From positions 337,043 to 401,042 of the forward strand of contig NIVC01000517.1 in the NCBI GenBank assembly GCA_002269645.1: a DNA stretch of 64,000 nucleotides, read 5' to 3'. Numbering within the stretch: the stretch's first letter is position 1; every line of letters starts with the position of its first letter. Origin of the DNA: Macrostomum lignano. Taxonomy: Eukaryota. Shown one piece after another: positions 49,360 to 61,477 of this stretch. Below the pieces are notes generated by a model. The model worked only from the letters and a program-made list of their open reading frames with translations, ran no database searches and had not been told where the DNA came from. A program made the position numbers and the translations under genes.

Positions 49360-52300
49360 GAGGAGTAGAGAGAAATGAGAAAAGATAAAAGAAGAGAAAG
49401 GAAAGATGAGAGAGCAAAGACGAGAGAGAAAAGAGGTGCAGGAAGAGACGAGAGAAAAGGGGAGAGATGAGAGAGTAGAGGCAAGAGTTAAGAGAAGAGA
49501 GAAAAGAATAGAAAGGAGAAGGAAGATAAGAGAGAAGAGGGGGTGAAAGGAGAAAGGAGAGGAGAGAGAAAAGAAGAGACAAGAGATGAGATAAGAGAGA
49601 TCAGGGAAGATACAAGAGAAGAGGGGAGAGACGAGAGAGGAGAGATGAGGGATGAGAGAGATGAGAGGAAACAAAGAGACGATAGAAATTTTTAAGGATC
49701 CAAGGGATGTAGGGAGAGTTAGGGAGAGACCAGAGTTTAGCAATATATGTTTTAGAGTCAGACAGACATTGCCTAACATTCTGCGCAATACCCCAGCCAA
49801 CAATGTCTCAAACCCTAATTTTAAACAAATGTGCTCCATTTTATGTCTACCTCTATCCTACTAACTATTAACAAGTATTTGTTTGTGTATGGCCTTAGAT
49901 TTCAGAATAAATGCAAAAGTAGTTCCGGGTATTGGAATTCCCCGGGTTCAAAATCTGCGGGTTTCAACAGCTTGTTATATATAATAGTGACTCAAGTCCA
50001 AAATCCAATATTCAAAGAATATTTGCTAAATTTATCATCCATAGTTCAGAAGGCAAAATGTATGCTAGGATTTCCTTGGGTACAACAAGGCCAAGGATCT
50101 TACTATTTTTTGTGTATATCAGGATATATCTAGACATATATGACATAGCAGATATATTATTATTATGTCAAATGAAAAAAATTGTTTTGGTGCACAAACC
50201 TGGTGTATAAACAAGGTCTCGTCATTTTTTTCCAGTATTAAACCCAGCCTATACTAATACTATGGCTTTTCATAAATAGGGCCTAGTTTTAGCTTTCTAT
50301 CAATTTGCACTAAACTAAAGCCAAGGCATTTTCATTGTATATAAAATATTTATAGGCATAATGTTTTTGTTTTTTCTTTATTGTTGTAGCTTATTAATAT
50401 ATATACCCATAGGAAGATGTTTTTTTCATGGAAAATTTTGGTACAAAAGGAGATTAGACCTGCACTGCATTGGCAAATACTAGTGCGATAGTAGGCAAAA
50501 GAGAAAAATCTGGCACAGTATGGCACAGGACAAAAATTGGCATAATTTTATACAAGACAAAAGCTTCTGACAAGACAATATTTTCTCTGACAGAAAATTA
50601 GCATGTAATTTTTAGACTTAGTTATATAGATTTCTTTTTATTAGCACTTTTGTTTGCCACAAATTGCCGACATATTGACAGCTTTTTAAAATTAATTTAT
50701 GTTAACATTGCATTTTTTATGAAACAGATTCATATACAAGTTTTACCAATATTTTTCAAATAGAAAATTACTGCTTTTTCATTTTTTCAAAAAGTTGCAA
50801 TACATAGTGCAAGCAAACTTTTTGATAAAAAATGATTTCTGGCACATGGTGCAAACAAACTTTTTTGATAGGATCTTTACATGTAATGTTTGACAAATAG
50901 TTCTCAAATGGAAAGATAGAAAAATGGGAAAGATTACTATACTGTGTGACAAATTCATGCAAATACAACAAAATATACATAATTGTACACTGTAGCCATT
51001 TCAACATAAATTGATCTAGCCTACTCAACAAAAAGTTTGGGGCACCTAGTTTGAGACAAGTGAGTTGTGCCCCATGACCTTGCAGATGAAGGCTCTAGCC
51101 AGAGCATCATAGACAAACTTAATACCATGAAAATGCACATTGAAGGGTAAGTGCTTGAATAGAGGCAAATAGAAAACCTTTGATTTTGCTGCAGAAGTCA
51201 CTTAAGTACTCATATAGTTGTGGTTTGCTCAAGCCAGCAAAGATAGCCACCAGAAAAGGCTAAAGTGAAACAGCTGATCTTTATGAGAATGGGCCAAATT
51301 TGGAATTTGGAGGACTTATAGACAGGCATCCATATTAACTGTCACATAAAACATATGCACAGTTCTCAATTAGGTAGAGTTTTTGTGCTGTTCAGTTCCA
51401 GTAGGTTCTTCTTAATTAAGTAGGCTAGAGTTTTCTGGATAGACAGGTAGGCAAACCATCCTTCATTCCTACATGAGAAGTGTTAAACAAGAGCATGTAT
51501 TGAACTAGGACATCATTTAGGGTGTCCAAGCTCTTTCTCTCAGGCTCATACAAGTCACTATTGGTGTCTGATAGCGGATCCAGATCCTCATCAAAGCAGT
51601 ATGTAGGCTCCTTGGCATCAGCTTCGCAGAAATCCACTTCTTCCATTAACCTAAAGTTGTCAATCTCCATCGCCTCGAAATTCAGTGTGCTTTTTCTAAA
51701 TGTTAAATGTTAAATAATGTGATAAATGACAAAGCAGATACCTGTAATGGTGTTATATTACATACATGCGCAACCTTGGGAATCACCTGGCCGTTTCTAT
51801 TGGCAACACACACATGTAAGTCGCTATTGGCTGAGAGCAGTCACGTGACTACTATTCTGTCCAATAGCGACTTACATGTGTATGTTGCCAATAGAAACGG
51901 CCGGGTGAATTCCTAAGTTGCGCCCAAGCATGTGTTATAATGTCAACTAAGTGCATACATGAGTTTTTGAATTGGCCACCATAACGCCAACTGGCCATTG
52001 AATGGCCACCGATGGCATGAGCCAACATTACTTGCATTAGCATAGTAAAGTGGCGAGATATATCAAACTATTTAGCAAAATAGTCAATTCAATGCCTTAA
52101 TATTCTGAATTCCTGATTTGTGATGCACACACTATCATATTGTGGGTCATACATGCGCAACAGTCGGCCGAGTCGGCCGATCTGGCCGACCGATTTGGCG
52201 ACCAACCAAGGAAGTCGCAAAAATTCCCACCCGAAAAAATACCAAAGTAGTAGTACTAAGTAGCTGACGAGGCATTTTGACTTAATAAGACAGTCATAGT

Positions 52301-55300
52301 TACTCCTGCCGTTTATCCAAAGTTGCGTTAATTTTGAGTCAGGGTTTTTTTATATGTAAGTCGCATTTTTGGCCAAAAACTACGTCGCATTTTTGTTAAA
52401 ATGAAGTCGCATGGCCGACCGAATTTTGGAGGTTGCGCATGTATGTTGTGGGTATATATGTGCATATGACTATGATTATGGTGTTAAGAAATGCAGTTAT
52501 AAGATGCTTGCCTGTCTCCCATACCCCAGGTACCTTTACGCCCAGTGCTGCCTAGAGACTGGCGACCTGAGCGCAGCAGAGGACGCCTTGATAAACAGCC
52601 GAACTGGCTTAGCATTTGCCACTACTCAGCCACAGGCTCAACAGACGCCAATTCAAACTGGATTGAATACCAATGACGATCTATCTAGACTCTGCAGAGA
52701 CTTTGGCGGCGATAATTCGGAAGATTCCACAGCTGTTGGATTTGCTTTGAAACTTCTCGGCGACGTTTATCGTCGTACAGATCGAAATGAACGAGCCGCC
52801 GAGTGCTATAGGAGAGCGTTGGGCTTTAATCCTTATCTGTGGACCTGCTACGAGGCATTGTGCAGCCTGGGCGAGGCGCCAGATCCTGCTGTCGCGTTTC
52901 CGGTAGCTATACGATTTGCTTTATATTTGCCCTATCCATTGTTGAGTACATGGACCACTAAATAAAATAGATGTGACTTGCATTGTAGTGTCCATGGACC
53001 ACTAAGTACTCGTATAGTAAATGTGTGACCTGTATTTTATGGTTCATGGACCACTAAGTGGAGTAGATGAGCATGCTTGGGCGCAAGCTAGGGATTCACC
53101 CGGCCGTTTCTATTGGCAACACACACGTAAGTCGCTATTGGACGGAATAGTAGTCACGTGACTGCTCTCAGCCAATAGCGACTTACATGTGTGTGTTGCC
53201 ATTAGAAACGGCCGGGTGAATCCCTAGGTTGCGCCCAAGCATGCTCATCTACTCCACTTAGTGGTCTATGGACCACTAGGTCACTCATCTACCATGGACC
53301 AAGGTTGCGCATGTGTGGTAGATGAGTGACCTGCATTGTTGGTTCCATGGATCGACTATCAAGTGGAGATAAGCAGTGTCCATGGACCATTAAGTAAAGT
53401 AGATGCGTGTGACCTGCATTGTTAGGACCATGGATCACTAAACTGATCGACACTGTTTCTTGGAAGCTTTTAAAGGCTCACCTTAACCCTAGAATTCTTG
53501 AGAATTATAGCGAATTTTAGTTAAATATTAAAAATACTTTAAATTATGCCCTCAGGTGCAGACAGCAACAGCAGGTCTGGACACCTCCTCGGCTTCCTCG
53601 TTGTCAGCTGACTGCGGTGGCTTAGGCGGTGATGCCAGTTCAGTTGGTATAGCTAATAATAACAGCAATAGTACTCGACAGTTCTCAGTGGAATCGGCGG
53701 CGTCCACGGATGCTTCTGGTTGGTTTGAATTTAATATAATAGCTTTATTGATGTTCCCTGACTTTTCTTATCTGGACTGGAGGCCCTGAATTCGACACTC
53801 TTGAACAAAAAATCTGGACTGGAGTCACTGAATTCGACACACTTAAACAAAAAATCTGGACTGGAGGCCCTGAATTCGACACTCTTGAACAAAAAATCTG
53901 GACTGGAGTCCCTGAATTCGACACTCTTGAACAAAAAATCTGGACTGGAGTCCCTGAATTAGACACCTTTAAACATAGATTCTGGATAGAAGTCCCTGAA
54001 TTCGACACTCTTGAACAAAAAAATCTGGACTGGAGTCACTGAAATCGACAATAGACACCCTTAAACATAGATTCAAGATTCTGGATAGAAGTCCCTGAAT
54101 TCGACACTCTTGAACAAAAAATCTGGACTGGAGTCCCTGAATTCGACACTCTTGTACATAAATATTGGATTGGAAACCCTCGGATTACTAATCACTTATC
54201 ACTGAACTGAAGACAAATGCTAACATAACATTTCTCTCTTATTACCCCAAACATAGTTTCTGGCGCTGGTTTCGCTACCGTTTCGGTTGCCTCAGCCACC
54301 GCCGCCTCAGCTGCAGCTGCCACTCCAGCCGTTAGCGGAGTCATCCCGGCGCCGCCAGCCATCGCCGACGCGCCAATGCGACGAAGACCTAGAAGCGGTC
54401 GGCAGCAGCAGCAGCAGCAGATTGCTCCAGGAGCCGATTCGGCCGTTAATTTCCCCTACATTCTAGACTCTGCCTATTCAACTCCTTTGCCTTCGTCTAT
54501 GGCTGCGTCCACCGCTGCCGCAGTCGCCGCCGTCGCTGCGACACCCGCGGCATCCGCGGTAGCGACAGCAACGGTTCTCCCAGTGTCGACGCCTGTAGCG
54601 CAGAACTATCGTGCGCTGGCCATGTCACCACTGGGCGCCAAGGAGAACAATCAGGGAGTGCGAACGCGTGCCCAGACGCGATCGCTGATGTCATCGCGGG
54701 CTGGCAATATTTCTAGGCGGAGTCGGTCGTTCCGGAGCAAAGATAATAGCTCAATGGAAGACGAGGTGAGTAGAAATTTTAATTATTGCTATAATAGATT
54801 GCATGCATAGCAGTTGACTTGAGACATAGGTATTAATAGCGGCAACGGAGATTATTAGACTGACGAACATACCAGGTAGAGTGACGGAGATTACAGGTAG
54901 AATTACGCATATTACAGGTAGACTGACAGACATTACTGATATTATATGTAGAGCTACAGATATTACAGGTGGAATTACGGCTATTACAGGTGGAAATACG
55001 AAAGTTACAGGTAGAATGACGGAGATTACATGTAGAAGTACTGATATTACAGGTAGCCTGAAGGAGAATGGAGATCACAGGTAGGATCACAGCTTAGAGG
55101 TAGACTGATGCAGAATACAGGTGGATTGAGGAAGATTACAGGTAGATCGGCGGAGATTACAGGTGGATTGACAGAGATTACAGCAGGTAGATTGAAAGAG
55201 ATTACAGGTAGATTGGCGGAGATTACAGGTAGATTGACAGAGTTTACAGGTTGATTGACAGAGATTACAGGTAGATTGAAAGAGATTACAGGTAGATTGA

Positions 55301-58053
55301 CTGAGATTACAAGTAGAATGACAGCTTACAGATAGACTTATGAAGATTACAGGTAAAATATTACAACCACCCTATTAGATTGATATACAGTGAGGTGTAT
55401 TCCCTTAATTATAAATATACCCTCAGCCCGAGAACAAGCCTCAGCAGCAACAGCAGCAGCAGCAACAGCAGGTTTCGTCGCTTCTAGAAGAGCATAATCC
55501 AGCTGTCTCAGGCATAATTGGTGGCGATCTTCATCAGCAGCAACACAAACAGCAGCAGCGATTAGCTTGGCTAATACCCCAGCTCCATCAGCTAGCCAGC
55601 GCCTACCGGCACCTATCCAATTGCCAATGGTCTGACGCGGCTAAACTATTGGAATCTCTGCCGCCCAAACTGCATTACAGCGGCCCGGCATTGCAGTGGC
55701 TGAGCAGGGCCTATTACGAATTAGAGGATTATCACGGTGCTTGTAGGCTGTTTAGCGAGTTGCGCCAGAGACAGCCGTGGAATCTGCGCGGAATGGACGT
55801 GTACAGCAGCACGCTGTGGTATCTGCAGAAAGAGGCCCAGCTGAGCTCGCTAGCTAGAGATCTGCTAGATTTGGACAGGTGCGCCGCTGTTGAGCCTTGG
55901 TGCGCTGCCGGCAATTGCTTCTCTTTGCAGAGGGAGCACGAGATTGCTTTGAAATATTTCCGACGGGCTACTCAGGTGAGTAGTATATTTTGGAGTGTTT
56001 AATGCTAAGAATCGACTTGAATAATTCCCCCTGTAGCCTTAAATACCCCTTGATTGAATAATACCCTCGTAGCTCTAGATTACCTGATATAGGAATACCC
56101 CCGTAGCTCCAGATTTCCTGATATAGGAATACCCCCGTAGCTCCAGATTCCCTGATATAGGAATACCCCCGTAGCTCCAGATTCCCTGATATAGGAATAC
56201 CCCCGTAGCTCCAGATTTCCTGATATAGGAATACCCCCGTAGCTCCAGATTTCCTGATATAGGAATACCCCCGTAGCTCCAGATTCCCTGATATAGGAAT
56301 ACCCCCGTAGCTCCAGATTCCCTGATATAGGAATACCCCCGTAGCTCCAGATTCCCTGATATAGGAATACCCCGTAGCTCCAGATTTCCTGATATAGGAA
56401 TACCCCGTAGCTCCAGATTTCCTGATATAGGAATACCCCCGTAGCTCCAGATTCCCTGATATAGGAATACCCCCGTAGCTCCAGATTTCCTGATATAGGA
56501 ATACCCCCGTAGCTCCAGATTTCCTGATATAGGAATACCCCCATAACTCCAGATAACCAACATGCAATGTAGGAATACCCTGTAGCTTAAGATTCCCTTA
56601 TATAGGAATACCCCCGTAGCTCCAGATTTCCTGATATAGGAATACCCGGTGACTTTCCTTTAAAAATTCCCTAGAACCCTTGAATTTTCCCGTGACTTAA
56701 CACCCCAGATACGGAATACCCCTCGTGGTTTTAAACTACCTCAAGGCTATAAATTCTTAAACAGTCTAACTACCCCCGATAACCTCGCTCCATCATTTGC
56801 CCAGGTAAATCCTAATTACGCATACGCTTACGTACTACTAGCCCTGGAGTACACTTCCATAGACCAGCTGGAGAAGGCTCTGGCAGCATTTCGCACCGCC
56901 GTTCGACTCGAACCGCGCGCTTACAACGCCTGGTACGGCATTAGCAATGTATACTTTAAGCAGGAGAAGTTCGCCCTAGCCGAGTGTCACTTTATAAAAG
57001 CTTTGAGAATCTATCCGAATTCGGCCGTGTTGCTAACCAATTTCGGCGTCACTATGGCCAGGATGGGCCGTCTAAGCGAGGCGCTGGACTTGTTCACCAA
57101 GGCCAAGTCTTTGTCGCCAAAAATGCCGCTCTGCCGCTATCAGCGCGCTTCGGTGCTGTTCACGCTTGGTCGTCACCAGGATGCCCTCCAGGAGTTGAAT
57201 AGTTTGCGTCAGCTGACGCCTAAGGAGAGTCGGGTGTTCTTCCTGCTCGGTCGGGTCTATAAAGCTTTGGATCAGGTGAGTGAATTTTTTATTTTTAAAA
57301 ACGGCCCTTTTGAGGCACCGTTTTTGTATTATAATATTAATTGTATTCTACTAGTTAGTATTCCTAATACTACTAGTACATAAACATTTGACGGTGTTTT
57401 TATGCATAGGAATTTTTACGATCGATAATAATTGATAGAAATTATGTTATTATATATGTTCATCTATATTTAGTTAAAACGGCCTTTTTCGGGCCGTCAC
57501 GATTTTCGATCGTGAATCTCGATTGTACTATTTTGATATACGAGTAAACTATTAGTTTTGTGTTGTATCGCTAAAACGGCCCTTTTAAGGCGGACCAACA
57601 TTGAAACACTTTTTAGTCTTCGTTTAGTAGACTGCTTATTAAATTATAATCGAGCTATTAGCATGATTATAAAGCCACTTTGACGATTCTAATAAATTCT
57701 AATAAAACTATTTTGTTCAATCTGCCTTCAAAACGGTCCTGTCAAGGGCCTATCAAGGATATAAAAAATGAGCTATTTAATCTCCACTGTAGGATAATCA
57801 AGCCATGGTGTTCTTCAACTGGGCTATGGATTTAGATCCGCGCGGGGTTAATCTGCAGCTTAACGACACCCTGGACATTGTCGCCGGTGGAGGAGGCGGC
57901 GGAGGTACCGACGCGGGTGCTTCGGAGAGCGACACAACTATGGACGTTTCCATGCAGCCGCCGCAGCAGCAGCAGCATCCGGGCTATCACATGGTAGCGC
58001 CCAGTGCAATGATGATGGACGAAATACTGTCGGATCAGTCTTCTGTTGATTAG
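46668..58053 (+). CDS. CDC27: Cell division cycle protein 27 / APC3 (7 exons, ~852 aa)
   Basis: Exons 46668-46900, 52530-52902, 53556-53718, 54257-54765, 55427-55975, 56805-57275 and 57793-58053; all phases compatible, total 2559 nt. Motifs YDNALFLAEHLYA, ALGFNPYLW, WCAAGNCFSLQREH, NPNYAYAY, YNAWYG, KQEKFALAECHF, LTPKESRVFFLLGRVYK and FNWAMDLDPRG. Confidence 0.96.
48420..49680. repeat. Purine-rich GA low-complexity tract with pure (AG)n runs at ~49127-49155 and ~49269-49352, CDC27 intron 1
   Basis: Direct inspection. Confidence 0.93.
51761..51932. mobile_element. ~170-bp palindromic MITE, copy 1 (CDC27 intron 1)
   Basis: Arms CCGTTTCTATTGGCAACACACACATGTAAGTCGCTATTGG / CCAATAGCGACTTACATGTGTATGTTGCCAATAGAAACGG around a central GTCACGTGAC. 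Confidence 0.85.
52148..52445. mobile_element. 298-bp MITE with 8-bp TSD (hAT-like)
   Basis: TIR CATACATGCGCAAC / GTTGCGCATGTATG; TSD TTGTGGGT at 52140-52147 and 52446-52453. Confidence 0.9.
53071..53245. mobile_element. Palindromic MITE, copy 2, in opposite orientation (CDC27 intron 2)
   Basis: Same arms as 51761-51932 with the asymmetric central sequence reversed. Confidence 0.85.
53768..54165. repeat. ~42-bp repeat (TCTGGACTGGAGTCCCTGAATTCGACACTCTTGAACAAAAAA), CDC27 intron 3
   Basis: About 9 copies. Confidence 0.92.
54860..55352. repeat. ~20-bp degenerate repeat (GAGATTACAGGTAGATTGAC), CDC27 intron 4
   Basis: Direct inspection. Confidence 0.9.
56086..56647. repeat. 34-bp repeat (TAGCTCCAGATTTCCTGATATAGGAATACCCCCG), CDC27 intron 5
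   Basis: About 16 copies. Confidence 0.95.
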
Positions 58054-58274
58054 TGAGTGCGAGCTGTGCTGGCCAAATATAGAATGATGCCAGTTAATTC
58101 GGCTCACGACTCCGCTCACGAATCACGTGACTTCTCTCGCTCCTTATTTTGCCTTTATTGCTATTAGGTGCACAGCTTTAAAGGCGTTGCTTTTATTTTA
58201 ATTGCCTTTAAATCCCAATTACCTGCAAACCTTGCGCTGTCAAAGTAGTTGATAAAAATTCAACAATTAAAATA

Positions 58275-59393
58275 GATATGGATATCCATGGACATAGATT
58301 CTGGATTGGAAGCTTCGATTGAATTGGATATCCATAGACATAAATTCTGCTTGGAAACTTCGATTGAATTGGATATCCATAGACATAAATTCTGCTTGGA
58401 AGCTTCGATTGAATTCGATATCCATGATCATAGATTCTGGATTGGAATCTTTGGTTGAATTGAATATCCATAGACATAAATTTTGGATTGGAAACTTCGA
58501 TTGAATTGGATATCCATAAACATATATTCTGGACTGGAATCTTTGGTTGAATTGGATATCCATGAACATAGATTCTGGATTGGATTCTTCGATTGAGTTG
58601 GATATCCATGAACATAGATTCTGGATTGGAATCTTTGGTTGAATTGAATCCATGGACATAGATTCTGGATTGGATTCTTCGGTTGAATTGAATCCATGGA
58701 CATAGATTCTGGATTGGATTCTTCGGTTGAATTGAATCCATGGACATAGATTCTGGATTGGATTCTTCGGTTGAATTGAATCCATGGACATAGATTCTGG
58801 ATTGGATTCTTCGGTTGAATTGAATCCATGGACATAGATTCTGGATTGGATTCTTCGGTTGAATTGAATCCATGGACATAGATTCTGGATTGGATTCTTC
58901 GGTTGAATTGAATCCATGGACATAGATTCTGGATTGGATTCTTCGGTTGAATTGAATCCATGGACATAGATTCTGGATTGGATTCTTCGGTTGAATTGAA
59001 TCCATGGACATAGATTCTGGATTGGATTCTTCGGTTGAATTGAATCCATGGACATAGATTCTGGATTGGATTCTTCGGTTGAATTGAATCCATGGACATA
59101 GATTCTGGATTGGATTCTTCGGTTGAATTGTATCCATGGACATAGATTCTGGATTGGATTCTTCGGTTGAATTGAATCCATGGACATAGATTCTGGATTG
59201 GATTCTTCGGTTGAATTGAATCCATGGACATAGATTCTGGATTGGATTCTTCGGTTGAATTGAATCCATGGACATAGATTCTGGATTGGATTCTTCGGTT
59301 GAATTGAATCCATGGACATAGATTCTGGATTGGATTCTTCGGTTGAATTGAATCCATGGACATAGATTCTGGATTGGATTCTTCGGTTGAATT
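58275..59393. repeat. 44-bp minisatellite (TCCATGGACATAGATTCTGGATTGGATTCTTCGGTTGAATTGAA), downstream of CDC27
   Basis: Diverged units at 58275-58630, homogeneous units at 58630-59393. Confidence 0.96.
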
Positions 59394-60142
59394 GGCTATA
59401 AATAAACGTCGATCAGTACAAAATTGATTAGCCTATTTAAAAAATAACCTATTATATATACTATGTCACTTGTAACACGTACTTTAAAGCTCTCTAAAAC
59501 TTTATGCATGTATTATAAAAAAATAATTAATGCCTTTCTGTACTACTGAAGTTCCGACAGGCTACATATTCTCGTGACTTTCACAACACGGCAGTACCAG
59601 CTTGTCAGTTTTTATTCCGTATAAATTTTTGTAAAATATTAAAGTAAATTTTTTTTTATTTCATTTCGTCAGTTTTACTTAATTTTCTTTTGTTGCTACT
59701 GACAACAGCGTATGAAGGCTTTTTTGTTTGTTTTTATGTAGCTAGTTAAGCGCATTGTATGCTCATTATAATTATATTTAACTGTATGTAACACTTTATG
59801 ATTGACGTTTTAGTTTTTATTACTTATTTAAGGAAACAATTCGCATATTATATCACTCATTAGTAGTAAGCTCTCATTAATAATTTTCCATTTTCTTTAA
59901 ACCAAAGCTCGTATTGGTGCAAGTGTTCGCAAATTTGAACAATTATATAATTTTATTGCAGTGGAAAACAATCAATAAATTTATTTCTTATACCACACCC
60001 GCAACTGCGTATTAATAATTTGAATAATCAAATTAAAGTGTAAAAAGCTGCATCCTGCGATTATCTCTGTGCAATTGGTTTAGCTTGTTTGCCTCTGATC
60101 TCAATTTCATATTGCTAAAAAGTTAGAGCGAGTCATATTTAC

Positions 60143-60718
60143 GCCTCTACCCACTTCTCCCACACCCCTCTCTACCTACATGCACTTCTCTCCGAGTCAA
60201 CTCCACTTTCTACCCACTTCTCTCCCAGCCTCTCCCTCTCTACCCACTTCTGTCCCAGTCAACCCCCTCTCTACCCACTTCTCTCCCAGTCAACCTCTCT
60301 CTACCCACTTCTGTCCCAGTCAACCCCCTCTCTACCCACTTCTCTCCCAGTCAACCCCCTCTCTACCCACTTCTCTCCCAGTCAACCCCCTCTCTACCCA
60401 CTTCTCTCCCAGTCAACCTCTCTCTACCCACTTCTGTCCCAGTCAACCCCCTCTCTACCCACTTCTCTCCCAGTCAACCCTCTCTCTACCCACTTCTCTC
60501 CCAGTCAACCCTCTCTCTACCCACTTCTGTCCCAGTCAACCCCCTCTCTACCCACTTCTCTTCGAGTCAACTCCCTTTCTACCCACTTCTCTCCCAGCCT
60601 CTCCCTCTCTACCCACTTCTCTTCCACTCACTCCATATCTCTACCCACTTCTCTTCCACTCACTTTATATCTCTACCCACTTCTCTTCCACTCACTCCAT
60701 ATCTCTACCCACTTCTCC
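60143..60718. repeat. ~29-30-bp C/T-rich repeat (TCTCTACCCACTTCTCTCCCAGTCAACCCC), upstream of the small Tim gene
   Basis: Direct inspection. Confidence 0.92.
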
Positions 60719-60780
60719 CCGAAGGCACTGCGTATTCGTCAATGCGCCAAAAATAAAAAACAATTGCAGCCAACACAACG

Positions 60781-61053
60781 ATGGACGAAATTGAAGCGGC
60801 CCTTCAAACTGCCAGCATGCGCGAGTTTCTCACGCACTACAACCAGATGGTGCAGTCCTGCTTCAGCAGATGCGTGCACACCCTGTGGGACAGACGGCTG
60901 ACTGATTCTGAGCTGAGCTGCAGCAATAATTGCATAGCAACTCTGATCGCTAGTCAGGGTCGCATCAGCCAGGCCTACCTGACAGCCAGCGGCAAAACCT
61001 TTGCTAGGCAGCCCGCTTCTGGTGCGGAGGATTCCGCTGGGACTAGTAGTTAA
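60781..61053 (+). CDS. TIMM10B: Mitochondrial small Tim chaperone, Tim9/Tim10B (FXC1)-like, 90 aa
   Basis: Twin CX3C motif (CFSRC..CSNNC); MREFLTHYNQM..CFSRCV..L..R.L..E..C resembles Tim10B/Tim9B as I recall it. The subfamily call needs a phylogeny. Confidence 0.8.
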   Translation: MDEIEAALQTASMREFLTHYNQMVQSCFSRCVHTLWDRRLTDSELSCSNNCIATLIASQGRISQAYLTASGKTFARQPASGAEDSAGTSS

Positions 61054-61477
61054 TCCCAGTGAATTAATCGCCATATAATCCCCATCCACAATCACCTTTC
61101 AAATGTGACTATAAGCATATAATTAAACCATCAATTGATTTTTTAAGTATTGAATAATGAGATCAAAGTTCCCTGATTTCAAATAGTATCATTTTTATGT
61201 AGTTCACGCGCATGTAATTGTGTATATATTTGTTAATCATGCTACGAGTATTCTATGCATTTTACTAGTTAATTTAGTTAATTATATAGTCATGAGGGCA
61301 CAGGTTTGTTTTAATGAGTAAATGAAGAAAAAAAGTTTGGCAAGATGCAAAATCTGTCATTGATTTTTTAATTGAAAAGGCAATATTTAACTTGAAGAAA
61401 ATATAGCGCTATATACATCCTGGAAGTAACAAGCCGTCTAGCTGCATCATCTCATCGCATTCATACATCTCAAATCG

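Noticed and set aside
48416-49839. Ser/Leu-rich minus-strand ORFs
   Set aside because: Reverse complement of the GA-rich intronic tract.
54766-55426. Intron gain by tandem duplication of an exonic AG|GT segment
   Set aside because: The repeat unit does not resemble the flanking exon ends (GACGAG| and |CCCGAG), so the intron predates the array.
58208-59363. Three 310-355-aa minus-strand ORFs
   Set aside because: A 44-bp unit without stops cycling through the frames; no coding evidence.
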